Shown here: in pieces, positions 26,012 to 38,954 of the stretch
Position numbering within the stretch: the first letter of the stretch is position 1
How the letters are laid out: each line of letters starts with the position of its first letter
Assembly (NCBI GenBank): GCA_964304625.1
Contig: OZ199840.1
Location: forward strand, 2,468,787-2,532,786
DNA from: Kudoa neothunni
Lineage: Eukaryota; Animalia; Cnidaria
Reading direction: 5' to 3'
Length of the DNA: 64,000 nt
Translations under genes and position numbers: made by a program
Notes under the pieces: model-generated
Told to the model about the DNA's origin: nothing
The model's input: the letters and a program-made list of their open reading frames with translations, nothing else
Database searches by the model: none

Positions 26012-27520
26012 ATGAATTTTAAATAACAGATTAAAATTTTCATTTATTCTATTTTTTCGGCCATTTATTGTTTTAATTATAACTATTTTTGCTTATGCGA
26101 AATTGAGTGCAAAATACCACTCGTGACACATACACCAGCGTGAGAGAGGGTGTGTCGAGTATGTTCGTATGCCTGAGAAGATACGCACTTTGAAATCCTA
26201 AAACACCTCATGATTTTTATTAGTGTTTTAATTTTCCATCATTGTGGTCCGAATAACGATGAATCTCTCGTTGATTAAGGAAAATTTCATTTAAATCGTA
26301 AATTGTTAATAGGAACCATTATTGCGTATTTCTCTCAAAAAGTGAAATAACATATTATTTTGTTTTAAAATATACATTTAACATCATTGTTTTGTTAATC
26401 TACAACGTGTTGCACCAATACCTCATTATTTTGGCGCATGTTTTTTGCTATATTTTTATTCGATTATTTTTGACATAAAAAATGACACATTTCAGAAATA
26501 AATGAAAATTGGTATATTTAAATATTCTTCGAAGTATAACCTTCCGATTGGCCAACTAGGTCAATTTATATTTGGTGTCAAAAATCAAAGAAAATGACTG
26601 TTGAGACGGATCGTAATATCCACGTAGATGTAGTTTTAACTCTATTTAATTTTTTTGACATATCGCTACCGTTTCAAGGATAAAAAAATTAAATAAAGCG
26701 GGTTATAAGAAATAAACTTTATTTTTATGACGAAAACATTTTATTTATGTGGAAAAATTATTCAAAACTGCGCAAAATTATAAATGTTAAGTTACTGAAT
26801 GGTTTGGTTAAATTTATTTGTTTTCAGTATTATTAAGATTACTTCTACAAGGTTATTAGTTGTCAATAATTTTAAAAATAAAATAAAATTATTGATTTAT
26901 TTTTAAATTTTTATCTGATTATTTAAATATATTTTAGCTTAAATCTAGGTATTTATAAAACAACAAAAACTTTTAAAATCTCCTCATCCAATATAAGACA
27001 ATGTCGGAATTTTGCGCTGTTTGTAATATAATCGCGTAATTCGAAATGTTTTGAAGGATGAATTTTTTATGAATTTAAATAATTACCTTATAATAATTAA
27101 TGTTATTTCGACTTGGTTTATTTGGATCAATATAATTGGTGCAAACTTTTAATAATTTTAATACCGTTTATATTACTATGATCATATAAAATGAAGCTTC
27201 ATGTAACTATTATAGCGATTAGTCCATCCTCATGTGAAGTTTTAACTAAAAATATTTAATACCTATGTAATAAAAGGGAAAATACAACATTGTAGTCATG
27301 CTTTAATCCTTTGAATAACTAAGCAAATCAAAGTTTTCCAAAACCAGACACTCAACAAGTTTTTTTGACTCATCCGAAACGCACATTAAATAAAAAATAA
27401 GAGAAGTAAAAACGAATAAAGTAGACTCAACTAATTATAGAAGGAATCTAATGAACATGAACATAACACAATGTATCCGAAAACAATATTGGAGGATATC
27501 CAATGTGGTGGAGCCTCAAA

Positions 27521-28203
27521 TCATTCAATAATGATCATTCTATTTTCGAAGTAACGAATGACCATTTGAGGATCTGCTTTTTCAATAAAAGTATCTTTAA
27601 CTAGTTGAACCTCGTTTATTTTATCAAATTTAACCAAATAGTAAAATCGATTTGGTTTTTTAATCGCCGCCAATATTTTTAAAGGTTTATAGCCAAGTTC
27701 GAAAAAGTTTATATCTTCCAAGGAGCCCATGGTGGAAACTTTGAGTAGTTTTGGTTTATTTACTAAGTTTTCAGAACGATCTAAACTTTTAGAAGTTGAC
27801 TTCGATAACATCCCATCTAGAATAAAATAATTTAAAATTCTCCTAGATGTTGTTCTAGTTTAACTTCTATTTGGGAGGTTTGGTATTGGCGTATGGATTT
27901 TTCGTTTTGTTTGGGATTTAGATATTTTTTGGCTATTATTTTCCGGTTTATTTTTTTCGTTGGAGGGTTTGGTGGATTCTTAAAAATATTATATCAAAAA
28001 ACTCCAGTAATTTTTATACTAGCGAAGAATTCATTAAGGGTATCCGTACAATTTATTAGATTTTCTTCTGGTTCCCAGGTGTTATCGTTAGAATCATATC
28101 CTTCCCACTTAACCAAATAGTGCCATTTCCCGTTAACAAGCTTTCTATCAACAACCTTCTCGACGACATATTCATCGTCGGTAAGATCATTTGATGTTGG
28201 CAT
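27521..28203 (-). CDS. HP1: Heterochromatin protein 1 (chromodomain + chromo shadow domain)
   Basis: [11 protein letters not shown]...[21 protein letters not shown] has an intact Y/W/Y aromatic cage. Shadow domain [10 protein letters not shown]...YLVKF...[13 protein letters not shown]. The splice sites of the basic hinge exon are not firmly resolved. Confidence 0.88.
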
Positions 28204-28826
28204 CACAAATAGTTACTAGGTGGTAGACGTTCAATAAGAACGACGCCGGCCTCTTACGTTGGTCACATGACCGACGTTTACTGTGCACCTATTATTTATT
28301 GAACGTAGCAATGACTATGCCAGTATAAATTTTTTTATAAAATGCATAGAGATTTATATTGGATATTTGAACTTTTAGCTATTAGATATTAAGGTCGCCG
28401 CCTAGATTTATGGCAGTTATCCGTTCATTACTTATTAAAAGCTAAATTTATTTACAGAGCGGTCTCATTGTAACACGCGTTATATAACTTATTTTATTAT
28501 ATATAACAATTTCATGATATATATTTCGGGGTTTCCTGTTTCTGTAAACGTTGGTGAAATAGGAGTAAGAATTCGCGATGTTTGTTTCACATTTTTTGGG
28601 GGACCAAAATCCGACTATTCGAGTTGTCCGATTTAAAACACCAAAAAAAATTTCGATTTCCTCGATAATTATATCATTTTCCGAACCAGTGTCTCATATA
28701 AGTCTGTTAGTACGGTTAAATATGATATTCGTAATACTATCTGAAATAAATAATTCAAAAGCGTCATGAATGGTTACAACATTCTTAACATCTCAAATAA
28801 TACCAAGAGGATTTGAAATTATGTTG

Positions 28827-29402
28827 CAGTAAACTCTCGATATTGTGTAACTTTACCTTGGCCTCAAGAAGTTATGCAATAGATAGAAATAAAAGCAATA
28901 CCGAGACTCGCACATATGCAAACAGTACAAATAACTATTTCTTTTAAATGTTCGTTAATTTTTGAGTTGTTCAATTTTTGAATATTTGGTGAAATGATTG
29001 GTTTGGAGAATTGTAACCAAAGTTAACATATTCACAATCGCTAGCGGATCGGTATGGCACCATCGCCCTTAAGCTAGGATTCGAGGGTTCCAAACCTATC
29101 TACGATTATTCCTTACATTATAATGTTTGGTTATTTGGATTTTAACATAAACACTTGTCTGTAAAAAGCCATTTTCGATATTTATTGTAAAGCATTTTTA
29201 TGATTAAGGGATTAAAATCAACAGTTTGAGTTACTCAATGATTGGAACGTTAATCTTTCAAATTTTTTACATCTTATAAAACTAAACCATCAAAAATAGG
29301 TTTCTGACTTCATATATTATTATTATTACTTTCCTTATCATAATAGAATTATTAAAAAATATGCTCAAATTTAACGAATTACACAATATCGATAATTCAC
29401 TT
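28827..29402. mobile_element. pogo-type MITE (family B)
   Basis: CAGTAAACTCTCGATATTGTGTAA ... TTACACAATATCGATAATTCACTT TIRs; related to 47159-47245. Confidence 0.6.
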
Positions 29403-30776
29403 TATTTTTATACGAGAACAATCTTTTGAACAAACAAATTGACGATTAACAATTACTTTACATTTCCAAATTAAGCCACACTAATATTTTCGACTAAATC
29501 ATAATTTTTAAGATTACCTTGTGCAGATTTTTTGATGCGGACAATTTTTGTCAATCAGAAATGATAGATTTACTTAACGTTGATCAATTGTGTTGAAATA
29601 ATGAAAGTATTATTTTCTACTCATTAAAATTACCAAAAGTAAATAATATTTAGCGTTTTCTTTTACAAGGTATTCTTCACATTTTTATTTATTTCCATAG
29701 ATTTTCTAGATTAATTCTCGATTTTATTAAAAAATAATCAATATTACAGGAAGTTATAAGTTAAATAATTAGATGATTTTTTTAAATTGATTTGTATTAA
29801 GCGATATTTTAATTATTCATAGAAAGCCCTCTATTTCGGATTTTTTGTAAAATAAATTTAAAAATATTGATTATTTTATTTATATTATAACAGGAAATCT
29901 ATGCATATTTAGACTAAAATAAATGACTAAACTTGAAAAAATAATAATAAACTCATAGGTGTATCTAAACAAAAAGAGAAGTTTAATTTTCCAATATTTA
30001 ACTTACTATTTAAAAATATTGTAGCTTGTTATTTATCTAATAGATATAAATTAAAACTTTAGTAATTTTCTCATCCACTACTAGGCAAAGCTGGGTTTTC
30101 GCACTGGTAAACAAAATATATTCACGTCATTAAGCTCTATAATTAAGCGATTAATTTATATTTTTACAAATATTTAGTTTAAAAAAATAAATAAATTCTA
30201 AGTTTAAAATTAGAAAAATCTCTATACAGAATACAGTCAAATTCTGTTATTGTGCATTTTTGGGAGATTTGCGTTAAGGTACACAATACATCTGTGTTTC
30301 CCAAATCAGCTAGCGAAAAAACGTTTTTGTGATTTCCAAGGTGGGATAAAACTTTTAGATAACTTATCATTCATTTTTTTAATGAATTATCGGTTTTCCA
30401 ATTTTTAAATCAAAAACTTAAAGAATTCATCGTTATTTTTGCCAATTCAATTCTTATCAATTTTTTAAATATAATGCAGAAATATTTACGAGAAGCGTTT
30501 AATTCGAAAAATCAATGAATAAAACTTCCGAATTACTTAATTAGTTTAGTAATGAGTCTGACTATTAAATTAATAAATTTAAAAAAAACCCTGCGAAATT
30601 ATGTTTATTTAATTCTTGGATTTAGTTCTATATCACACATACGACTAATTATCCCCCAAACAATGAGTGAGCTACTCTTTATCGTATCTCATATAGAAGG
30701 AGTGCAAATTTGATTTGATTTAGGGAGCGCTGAACTACCCATTGAGTGCGCACGCTTATTAAACATTCAAAGCAAA

Positions 30777-31487
30777 ATGCCCCTTATGCATTCAAATTTT
30801 TTCAAACTCTCAACACCATCACAATTCAAATTATTTTTTAATTTTGTAAGAAACACTAGACATGAGAAAAAACGACACTACGATGGTTTATTTAAGTTGA
30901 GACGTGAAGATGGTATTGGTTATCCATATCTCAAAGCTAAAATCCCTCCGCGATCCATTTTGAAATGGGAATTTTTCGATCACCCCATATTGAATCAAAA
31001 TCAGTACCACAAGAAAGAATTTCCAGTATTGTTAACAAAAAACGTTGAAGGAATTGGAAAAGAAGGAGATGTCGTAGAAGTATCACGTGGATTATATCGA
31101 TATTTTCTACTTGAGAATAATGCGGCTAAACCATTGACGAAATTTTCGGATATTCCTCAACACGTTTTGGACAGATTGGCTTCACCGAAACCTGAGATTG
31201 ATAACGACCAAACTAAAAAAGCAGCTTTCGACAAAGCTGTCTCAATCCTCACCAATGGAATTCACATTAATTTTGATCCTATGGCCAAATGGGTTATCAC
31301 TCCATTTCACTTAGCTCGGATCGTTCATCACAGAACTGGTTTCGATGTGAAGCCACATCACTTTAGAATGGAAGCTGAAGAAATTCGAACAACTGGAACT
31401 CATAAAGTTGGGTTTGTGCATGAAAACGGAATGGATTTGGTTATTCCAATTACAGTTAATATTTGGAGTAGTTCTTTAAAAAATTAG
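30777..31487 (+). CDS. MRPL9: Mitochondrial ribosomal protein bL9m (intronless)
   Basis: VLLTKNVEGIGKEGDVVEVSRGLYRYFLLENNAA is the L9 N-terminal signature. W.ITPFHL and IRTTG.HKV match the L9 C-domain. Presequence-like N-terminus. Confidence 0.88.
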   Translation: MPLMHSNFFKLSTPSQFKLFFNFVRNTRHEKKRHYDGLFKLRREDGIGYPYLKAKIPPRSILKWEFFDHPILNQNQYHKKEFPVLLTKNVEGIGKEGDVVEVSRGLYRYFLLENNAAKPLTKFSDIPQHVLDRLASPKPEIDNDQTKKAAFDKAVSILTNGIHINFDPMAKWVITPFHLARIVHHRTGFDVKPHHFRMEAEEIRTTGTHKVGFVHENGMDLVIPITVNIWSSSLKN

Positions 31488-31675
31488 AACTAGTTTTGAA
31501 TTTTGTAGTTTATATGACCAACATTTTTTGCGCAAAAACACACATAATATTTAACAGGATTCGTTAAATTTACAATCGCAACACTAACAGTAATAGTTTA
31601 TTTATGATTATTTTTTTTATGCTGATATTTCTTAATGAGCGCTGAGATTTCTTTCCAACTTTTTTAGCACTGGTA

Positions 31676-34171
31676 TCATCTTGATTCTGTTTTAAAACTT
31701 TTCAATTTGTTAGATTTTTTGGACAGTTTAATTTCCCTATAAGGAGCGCCTTGAGTTGTGTTAGGTTTTGGCTTTTTCGTTCCCTTTTTCATAAAATTTC
31801 GTTTCGGCCTGCTTTTAATCTCCTTATCATGGATAATTTTGTTTGTGGCTCGACTTATTTCATTTTCAGCAGACAACAACTATAAAAGTTGATTATTGTA
31901 TTTTTCACATGATTTGAAGAAAATAAAGTGAAAATATACCTCTTTGGTTTGTTTTTCATCCTTTAACAGTTGGTCGACATCATTTTCCATACTTGACAGT
32001 AGCTCTTTAAATTTCTCAACAACTTCTACAAAAAAATGAACATACGCTATAAAAACTAATGTACCTAGAGGAACATTTCTAAGCTTTAGCTTGGTTGGAG
32101 TGGATTTTGAGATGAGTTTTAACATTTTTTTTATCATTTTCTCCGATAATTGTAACCGATGTTCCACTTTTGCCGGCTCTAGCTGTTCTACCAACACGAT
32201 GAATGTAATCTTGAATAGTTGATGGTGCGTTGATATTGATAACCTTTTATTAGATTTTAATAGAACATCTTTTCCTCAACAATCAATCAAAACGATACCG
32301 TTTGGATTCCCTCAATATCAAGACCACGAGCGGCTAAATTAGTTGCAACCAACACATCCACTTCACCGTCTCTGAATTGATTCAAGGCCTCGTATCTCTA
32401 TAGTTATTAATCTCAGTTACAGCATCAGACTTGTTGGCAGGTTGAAATTGTAAAAACTTTACTTGTAATTGAGAAAGATCACCGTGAAGTTCCGAAACAT
32501 TTTGACCCAACAAACCAAGAATCACCCTTAGGCGGTGAGCTTGACGTTTAGTTTCACAAAATATAAGACAGCCATTGTGAAAATTTCTGCAAACCAAAGC
32601 TATACATCAATCAAATCAGATATCGAAACTAACTATCACCACAAACATATGCAAAACGAAATGACTCTTCTTTTTCTGATATGCGAACAAATTCTTGTTG
32701 CAACGATCCCACAGTGGACATACTTGAATCCACATACAATTTTACTGGATTTTTTAAGGTGAGATTGCTCAACTCTTCCACCTTATTATTTAGTGTGGCA
32801 CTGAATAAGAGTGTTTGCCGCGTTTTCGATGACAATCTCACAATCTCTTCCAGTTGTTCACTGAAATTTTCATCCAAAAGTCTAAATGAAAATTTAAATT
32901 AGATTTGATCAATTAGAGCAACTAGCAGTTTGATAAAATCAGCTTATTATACCTATCGGCCTCATCTAACACTAATATCTCGATATCTTTCAGACTGAAT
33001 GATGGACAATTGTGTAGGTGGTCAATTAGTCGACCTGGTGTGGCAACAATCACATCAGGTAAATTCCTCAGTTGAGCTTCTTGAACTTTGTTCAATTGCC
33101 CACCAGTTGTTAACGCTATTTTGATAGAAGTATACCTAGAGAAGTCTTTAATCACACTAAAAACCTTAAAATTGTAATCAACATTAGACATATAAACTAA
33201 AGTTAGTAAACTTGGAGAGCTAATTCTCTTGTAGGAAGAATAATAAGAACGCGAGTATAATTAGAGGATTTGGTGCGTATCAGTCTCTCCACTATTGGAA
33301 TCACATATGCAGCAGTTTTCCCTAATAAATTAAATTAAATTAAATCAAATATATAAATAGGTAATATCTAATTAAGCTAAAATACCTGATCCAGTTTTGG
33401 CACACGCGAATAAATCCTTACCATTAAGCACATGAGGAATGGCACCAGATTGAATGGGAGTACTTTGAACGAAATCGGCATCGTTTATTGCCTTATGTAA
33501 CATACAAGTTATAACCCATCAAACAATACATCTTCTGCTACTTTAGTGACAGCTTTTGACAATCCAAACGCACTAAAGTTTTTTGTTTCTACACATAAAT
33601 TGACATCATTTTTAGCGTCTTCAACCTTCTAATAAACATTTAATTATATTTATTGTAAAAATTAGCTGCTCATTTCGAGCGAGAATAATACTGGAGGTTT
33701 GTTGAGTAATTTGTGATTTTTTGCAACCGGTTTCTCTAAAAATCATTCGTTAATATCAATAAAATTCACATCTTATTACCTTCAAATTGATCTTGTATGG
33801 TTAGCTTTTCTTCGTTTAAATTTTTTACATACTTACCAGCCAATTCTTTTATCCCAATATCGACATTGTATTCGGTCGCCTAGAAAATAAACCCACTCAA
33901 AACAATCAGCTAGTCTCATAATAAATACATGAGTTTTTAGGGTTTTCTTAATTTGATTGTTGTTCAAATTCTGTTGAGGTTTAGAATGGTTGAAAGTAAA
34001 AAAATCAAAATTTGGATTAAAATCGCTTTGTTGAGCGCTCTACAAACAAATTTAAACTAAAAAATAGCTTAACTCATTCACTTCAAACTCTTCTGAACTT
34101 TCAAAGTCACCATTTCCTAATTCGTCATCAGTATTGATGGTGGAAGGTTGATTAATATCGAACACTTTCAT
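31676..34171 (-). CDS. DDX27: DEAD-box RNA helicase DDX27/Drs1 (multi-exon; one apparent +1 frameshift in an A8 tract)
   Basis: AKTGS|[52 protein letters not shown]...[28 protein letters not shown]; acidic N-terminus; C-terminal [13 protein letters not shown] at 34171. The true C-terminus is uncertain. Confidence 0.9.
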
Positions 34172-34179
34172 TATGTGAA

Positions 34180-34188
34180 TGCGCATGC
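34180..34188. promoter_or_regulatory. TGCGCATGC element immediately upstream of the DDX27 ATG
   Basis: Lies 9-17 nt before the start codon; a second ACGCATGCGT palindrome is at 34368-34377. Confidence 0.45.
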
Positions 34189-34703
34189 CGACGATCGAGC
34201 GTGCTTATTTGTCAGCGTTGTTGTGCTAAATTCGTTATTAAATAGATTTTGTTAAAAATATATAATGATTCAATATAGAATAAGTAATTCATATGGTTGT
34301 ATGTATTGAAATTTATTTTGTTATCTACAATAAAATTAGGTGTGAGTAAGTTTTAGAATTGATTTAAACGCATGCGTGGAGTATAAATTTAACACGTTTG
34401 CTTACATTCGAGGCATAATTATTTTTAAGGCGTTTATTGGTTTTTATTAAATTATTAGGACTTTTTAATATAAAAATCTTATGAACATGACAAGTTTCAA
34501 ATTTTTTGCTTCTATCGCAAAATTTGTAGTAATTTCAAGGAATTATATATAAAAGATCTTAAATGAGTAATAACTGAATATTCTATGTTGTAATTTTAGA
34601 GTATATTTTGAAAAAGCATTTTATGTGTTGTAGTATTTATTACCAATTATAATTAAAATTATTTTGGCTTTTTGAGTTATTTTTACAGTTTGTAGGTCTG
34701 ATG

Positions 34704-34775
34704 CAATGGTTTTTAACCGGTGATTCGCGTATCCATGGGGGGTCTACAAAGGTCGCCCAAGAGATCCGTAACACT
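34704..34775 (+). mobile_element. Orphan hAT (Charlie/Buster-like) left end
   Basis: CAATGGTTTTTAACCGGTGATTCGCGTATCCATGGGGGTC resembles CAGTGGTTCTCAACC-type hAT termini. Confidence 0.45.
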
Positions 34776-36420
34776 CAAAAATATAGAAACTAATAGTAGG
34801 TATTTTTTACAAATTCATAAATTTTTGTATAAACCCTGTATTTTATTTTCTTATAATTTCTTTAATATATATACGAATCCGCCAGACAATTTAAGCTGAA
34901 CCCCAATGGTCTAATAGCTGCCAAATTAAATATATTAATGGTGACATAAATATTTTCTCAGAATTCCTTGATTTGAAACATAATTAAATGGACGTTATAT
35001 ATAAAATAATTAAGAAACCTTGAGATTATGTACTAAAAATTATAAAATAAAACAATCTAAAATATATAATTAAAGTACGATTAAAATGTGCGTTGAATCA
35101 TAATATTTGTTGGGAGTGTATAATTGATAAATTGACGTTATTAGTTCTTTTTATTACAATAAATTTAAAATAAGAAAATCTTCCTCACATAAATCAATAA
35201 ATTATAATTGTATTTTGATATATATTGAGAAAAATTGTGTTGTTTTGCTATGGTAATCTGAATAGTAATAATAGAAACCGTAATATGCTCTTCAGAAATA
35301 TACGCAGTAGCTTTTAATTTTTTTTAAGAGATATATGAGATCAAATAATTAAACTTAAATTAGATATAAACTGTGGATATATATGTAGAGAACATCAGGA
35401 AAATTTTATTCATTGTTTTTTAAAATTTACTGTCTCAATAAACTTTTAGGAGTGGCACAAAATATTAAATAAAAATTAAGTTTTAGTATAATTATTTCAA
35501 AATTATTTGATAGACCGAAAATTGAACTTCTGAAGGAGAAACAGTATTTGGCGTTAATGTGGTTATATAAATTTTCTGAACTAAGTAAAATCCATAAATT
35601 TTAATTTTCCAAATAAAACATTTATATTTAAATTAAAAAAACAAAATTTTAACAACTAGGCTAAATATTTGCTGAAATCAATATTGATGCATATTGCTAA
35701 ATAACTGGTAGTTGCTTTTTATGAACTCAAAATTCTTTTCAATTAATTTATACAACGATTTCTATAATAAGTTTTCTTCGAAAAATTTGAAGCTTATAAA
35801 AATTGATTATTGCGTTCTCTTCTTTGAATAAAAACAAAATTTAAAATAATATTTTCTCCAAACTTTAAACATTAACCCTCTAAGGATTTTGGGTGAAATT
35901 CATCCCAGCATAATTTTACGTAACTATTCATCCAAAAAATGTGTTTATTATTCAAAATAAATTCTATATTAACTCAGTATGTTAAAAATATTAAGTAAGT
36001 TAGAACTTAAAATAAAATACATAGTAGTTACGTTTTTACCTTTGTGCGTTACCGAAGAATTGGTGACTTATCACTTATTCCATATAATACTTTAGGAATA
36101 AATATATTACAATTATTTGTTTGAATTTACTTAAAAAAATTTTGGGATGAATTTCACCCCAAAATCATTGGAGGTAGTTCGTTCTTTAATACCTTAGAGC
36201 AGGGGTTCCGAACAGGAGATAAATTTTGTTAGGTTAGGGGGTAAACTGTTGAACATAAAAATTTCATGTATAGTAACATTAATTCCTTATGAAAATGAAA
36301 CGAGTTTTACCAACTTTATTTTTATTCAATAAGCACCGGAAAATGTATTTTTGCACATTTACAGTAAATAGAATTTTAGACACATGATCATCACCAACCA
36401 AAATCTGTTTAAATTTTGTC

Positions 36421-37661
36421 ATGTCGAAGAAATGTACGTATCTAGATTCGTATATACAGTATGGATTTGATCTAATTGTTGTGGATGGGACTGAGAAACC
36501 TCAATGTTTTTTGTGCTCAAAGATCCTTGGAAACGGTTCTATGAAACCTTCCATTCTAAAGCAGCGCCTAGAATCTGTACATCCTTCTCATGCTTCTGGT
36601 GATCGAGTTAAATTTGAGGTAAGGAGGAATAGATTTAGAACCGCGAGGACATTGCCAAAATTTGGTTTCATTCCAGAGAAAAAACCAATGTTTGCAGCGT
36701 TCTATTACGTAGCACAGCGTATAGCGAAAGCAAAGAAGCCTCATGGCATTGACAAGAATCGTATTAAACCTTGTGGCCTAGATATGGTGGAGCTGGTATG
36801 CGGTGAAAATGCAAGGATGAAAATTCAAGCCATTCCGCTCTCTAATAATACAATTCAACGACGAATTTGCGAAATATCTCAAGATATTTGTGACCAAATT
36901 GTTGGAGAAATCAAATCCAACAGAGCGAAAATTTCATTGCAACTCGATGAATCCTGTGATGTATCCAATTTTCCACAACTTATTGTTTTTATCAAATACA
37001 TAAGTGGAAATATTTTAAAAAATGAACTTTTATTCGGCGATAACTTGGAAAAGACCACTAAAGCTCCTGACGTAATGAAAAAATACAAAACTTTGTTTAA
37101 AACTTTTTGTGAGGAGATAGGCTCTGAACATGCCATTCTTTTACGCCATACGGAAGTAAGATGGTTTTCGAGGGGAATGACTATTAACTGCATTTTTGGG
37201 TTTCATACTGAATTAGAAACTTTTTTTCGCCAGCTCGATTCAAGCATTTGTGAAGACTTCGCTAATCCTAAGCTCATCGCCCACTTACCTTACCTTTCAG
37301 ATATATTTAATCATCTCAATCAAATTAATAAGCAGTAACTATTGTGAAAGCATGCGAGATTATGAAAGCTTTACAAACAAAACTACATTTATGGTTACGT
37401 AGGGTGCTACAAAATAACAGATCTGTATCAATTACTCTAGTTAATGAAGAAATCGCCGAGCATTTGGAAATTTTGAGGAATCAATTTAATGGCTACTTTC
37501 CAAAAGATATGATCCCGACCGAGAAATGGATTTCGAGACCCTTTTCTATTTTATTATCAGAAACAGATGATAATGAACCTGCGAAAGGCGAACTGATTGA
37601 TCTACATGGATTGCTTTGTTCTTTCTTTAAATTGGATGCCAAGTATTTTTTTAGTGTCTGA
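36421..37661 (+). pseudogene. Internally deleted Buster/SCAND3/ZBED-like hAT transposase
   Basis: KPQCFLCSK...MKPS.L, AKAKKPH, IPLSNNTIQRRI, LQLDES, HTEVRW.SRG, YLSDIF. The second-D/CxxH segment and the C-terminal dimerization domain are missing; stop at 37338. Confidence 0.85.
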
Positions 37662-38954
37662 ATATGTTATTAAAAACAGTCGCCACTACTTTCATTTTTC
37701 AATTATAATGATATACTCGGTGTGAAAATAATTGAAAATTTCTTTGCTCATGGTCTCTTTTGTGTTTTTATCACGTGGATACTTAAGCTCTTCACTGCAT
37801 TGCTACACTAAACATACTCTAATTTTTATGATGGCTACACATTAAATTTAGCTCATTCCAGGGTCTATCTTAGAAATAAAAATTTTTGAATAAAGTTGAG
37901 TTTAAATAGAGAGTCATTGTTTGATGCCTAAAAAGGATATTTAAATTTAAAAAAATTATATTGACATTATTATTTGAGATTTTCGTCGGTAGCAAAATAA
38001 TTTCACCTATAGTTAGACAGATAAAAGTAAATGAAATTTTTTATTTATAAATTAGCAGTAAAGAAACAATGAATTCGCATCGAAAACCACAACTTTGATA
38101 TCTAACAGTCTTATTTTTTAAGCCTTCGAATAATTTTGTTTCTTATTTTATTATTTAAAAAGTTTTAAAACCTATTATTAAAGACAATGAAACTTGGTGT
38201 GTTCCATTATTTTGACAGATTATATCCAATATATTATTACATAATATTGAGTTTTTTTTCCAGAAATCCTTTAAAATAAATATGAAGTTTTTATCAACAA
38301 AACATTTAAGTTTTTAATACCAATAAAAATAATTGTTTGGGTTAATTTAAAAAAAATTTGGTATTATGTATTACGAAAGGTAATATAACGGTTTTAATCG
38401 CTAATGGCGCCATAAAAAAAAGTTTAAGATTTTTTTTAAGATGAATATTTTTTTATCTTTTAAAATTAAAACCTTGTCGTTATTGTGATTATTAAGATAC
38501 ATTTATAAAAAATAATTGCTCATTAAAAAGATATTTAGTGCTATTTTGCGTATTAAAATGGAACAGAAACCCGTTATCGGTTAAAGGGTAAATGATGCTA
38601 AGTCGGTTGGGAACCCCTGGTCTAGTGCGATAAACATCAACATACAGTCAGTTATTTGGATTTATCGTAAACAATCCCTCGACATCTTTTGTTTCATTTC
38701 GATGGTTTGCTTTATTAATTTTCCTGTATATTTCAGTATGTTTCACCTTCATATGTTTAATCATATTACTGATGTTGTAGTTGCTGGATGTTTTTCCTTC
38801 TCATGATATAACTGCACAACATATTGTACAATCAGCCTTATTTTCTCCACTTTTATTTACTTTAAAATATTTCCAAATAGTTGGCATATTTGAATGAACT
38901 TTTTTTGACTGTAGTCCTCGTATAACGCGGGTAGAGTTTGAGTGAAACAGAGGC

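Noticed and set aside
29040-29105. tRNA gene (A-box TAGCGGATCGG, B-box-like GGTTCCAAACC)
   Set aside because: No acceptor or anticodon stems can be built. At best it is a decayed SINE head inside a MITE.
34696-38626. A single hAT from 34704 to 38618 with TSD GTCTGATG/GTCTAGTG
   Set aside because: The two ends have different subterminal motifs, and such an element would interleave with, rather than nest in, the 36200-41868 element that has a perfect TSD.
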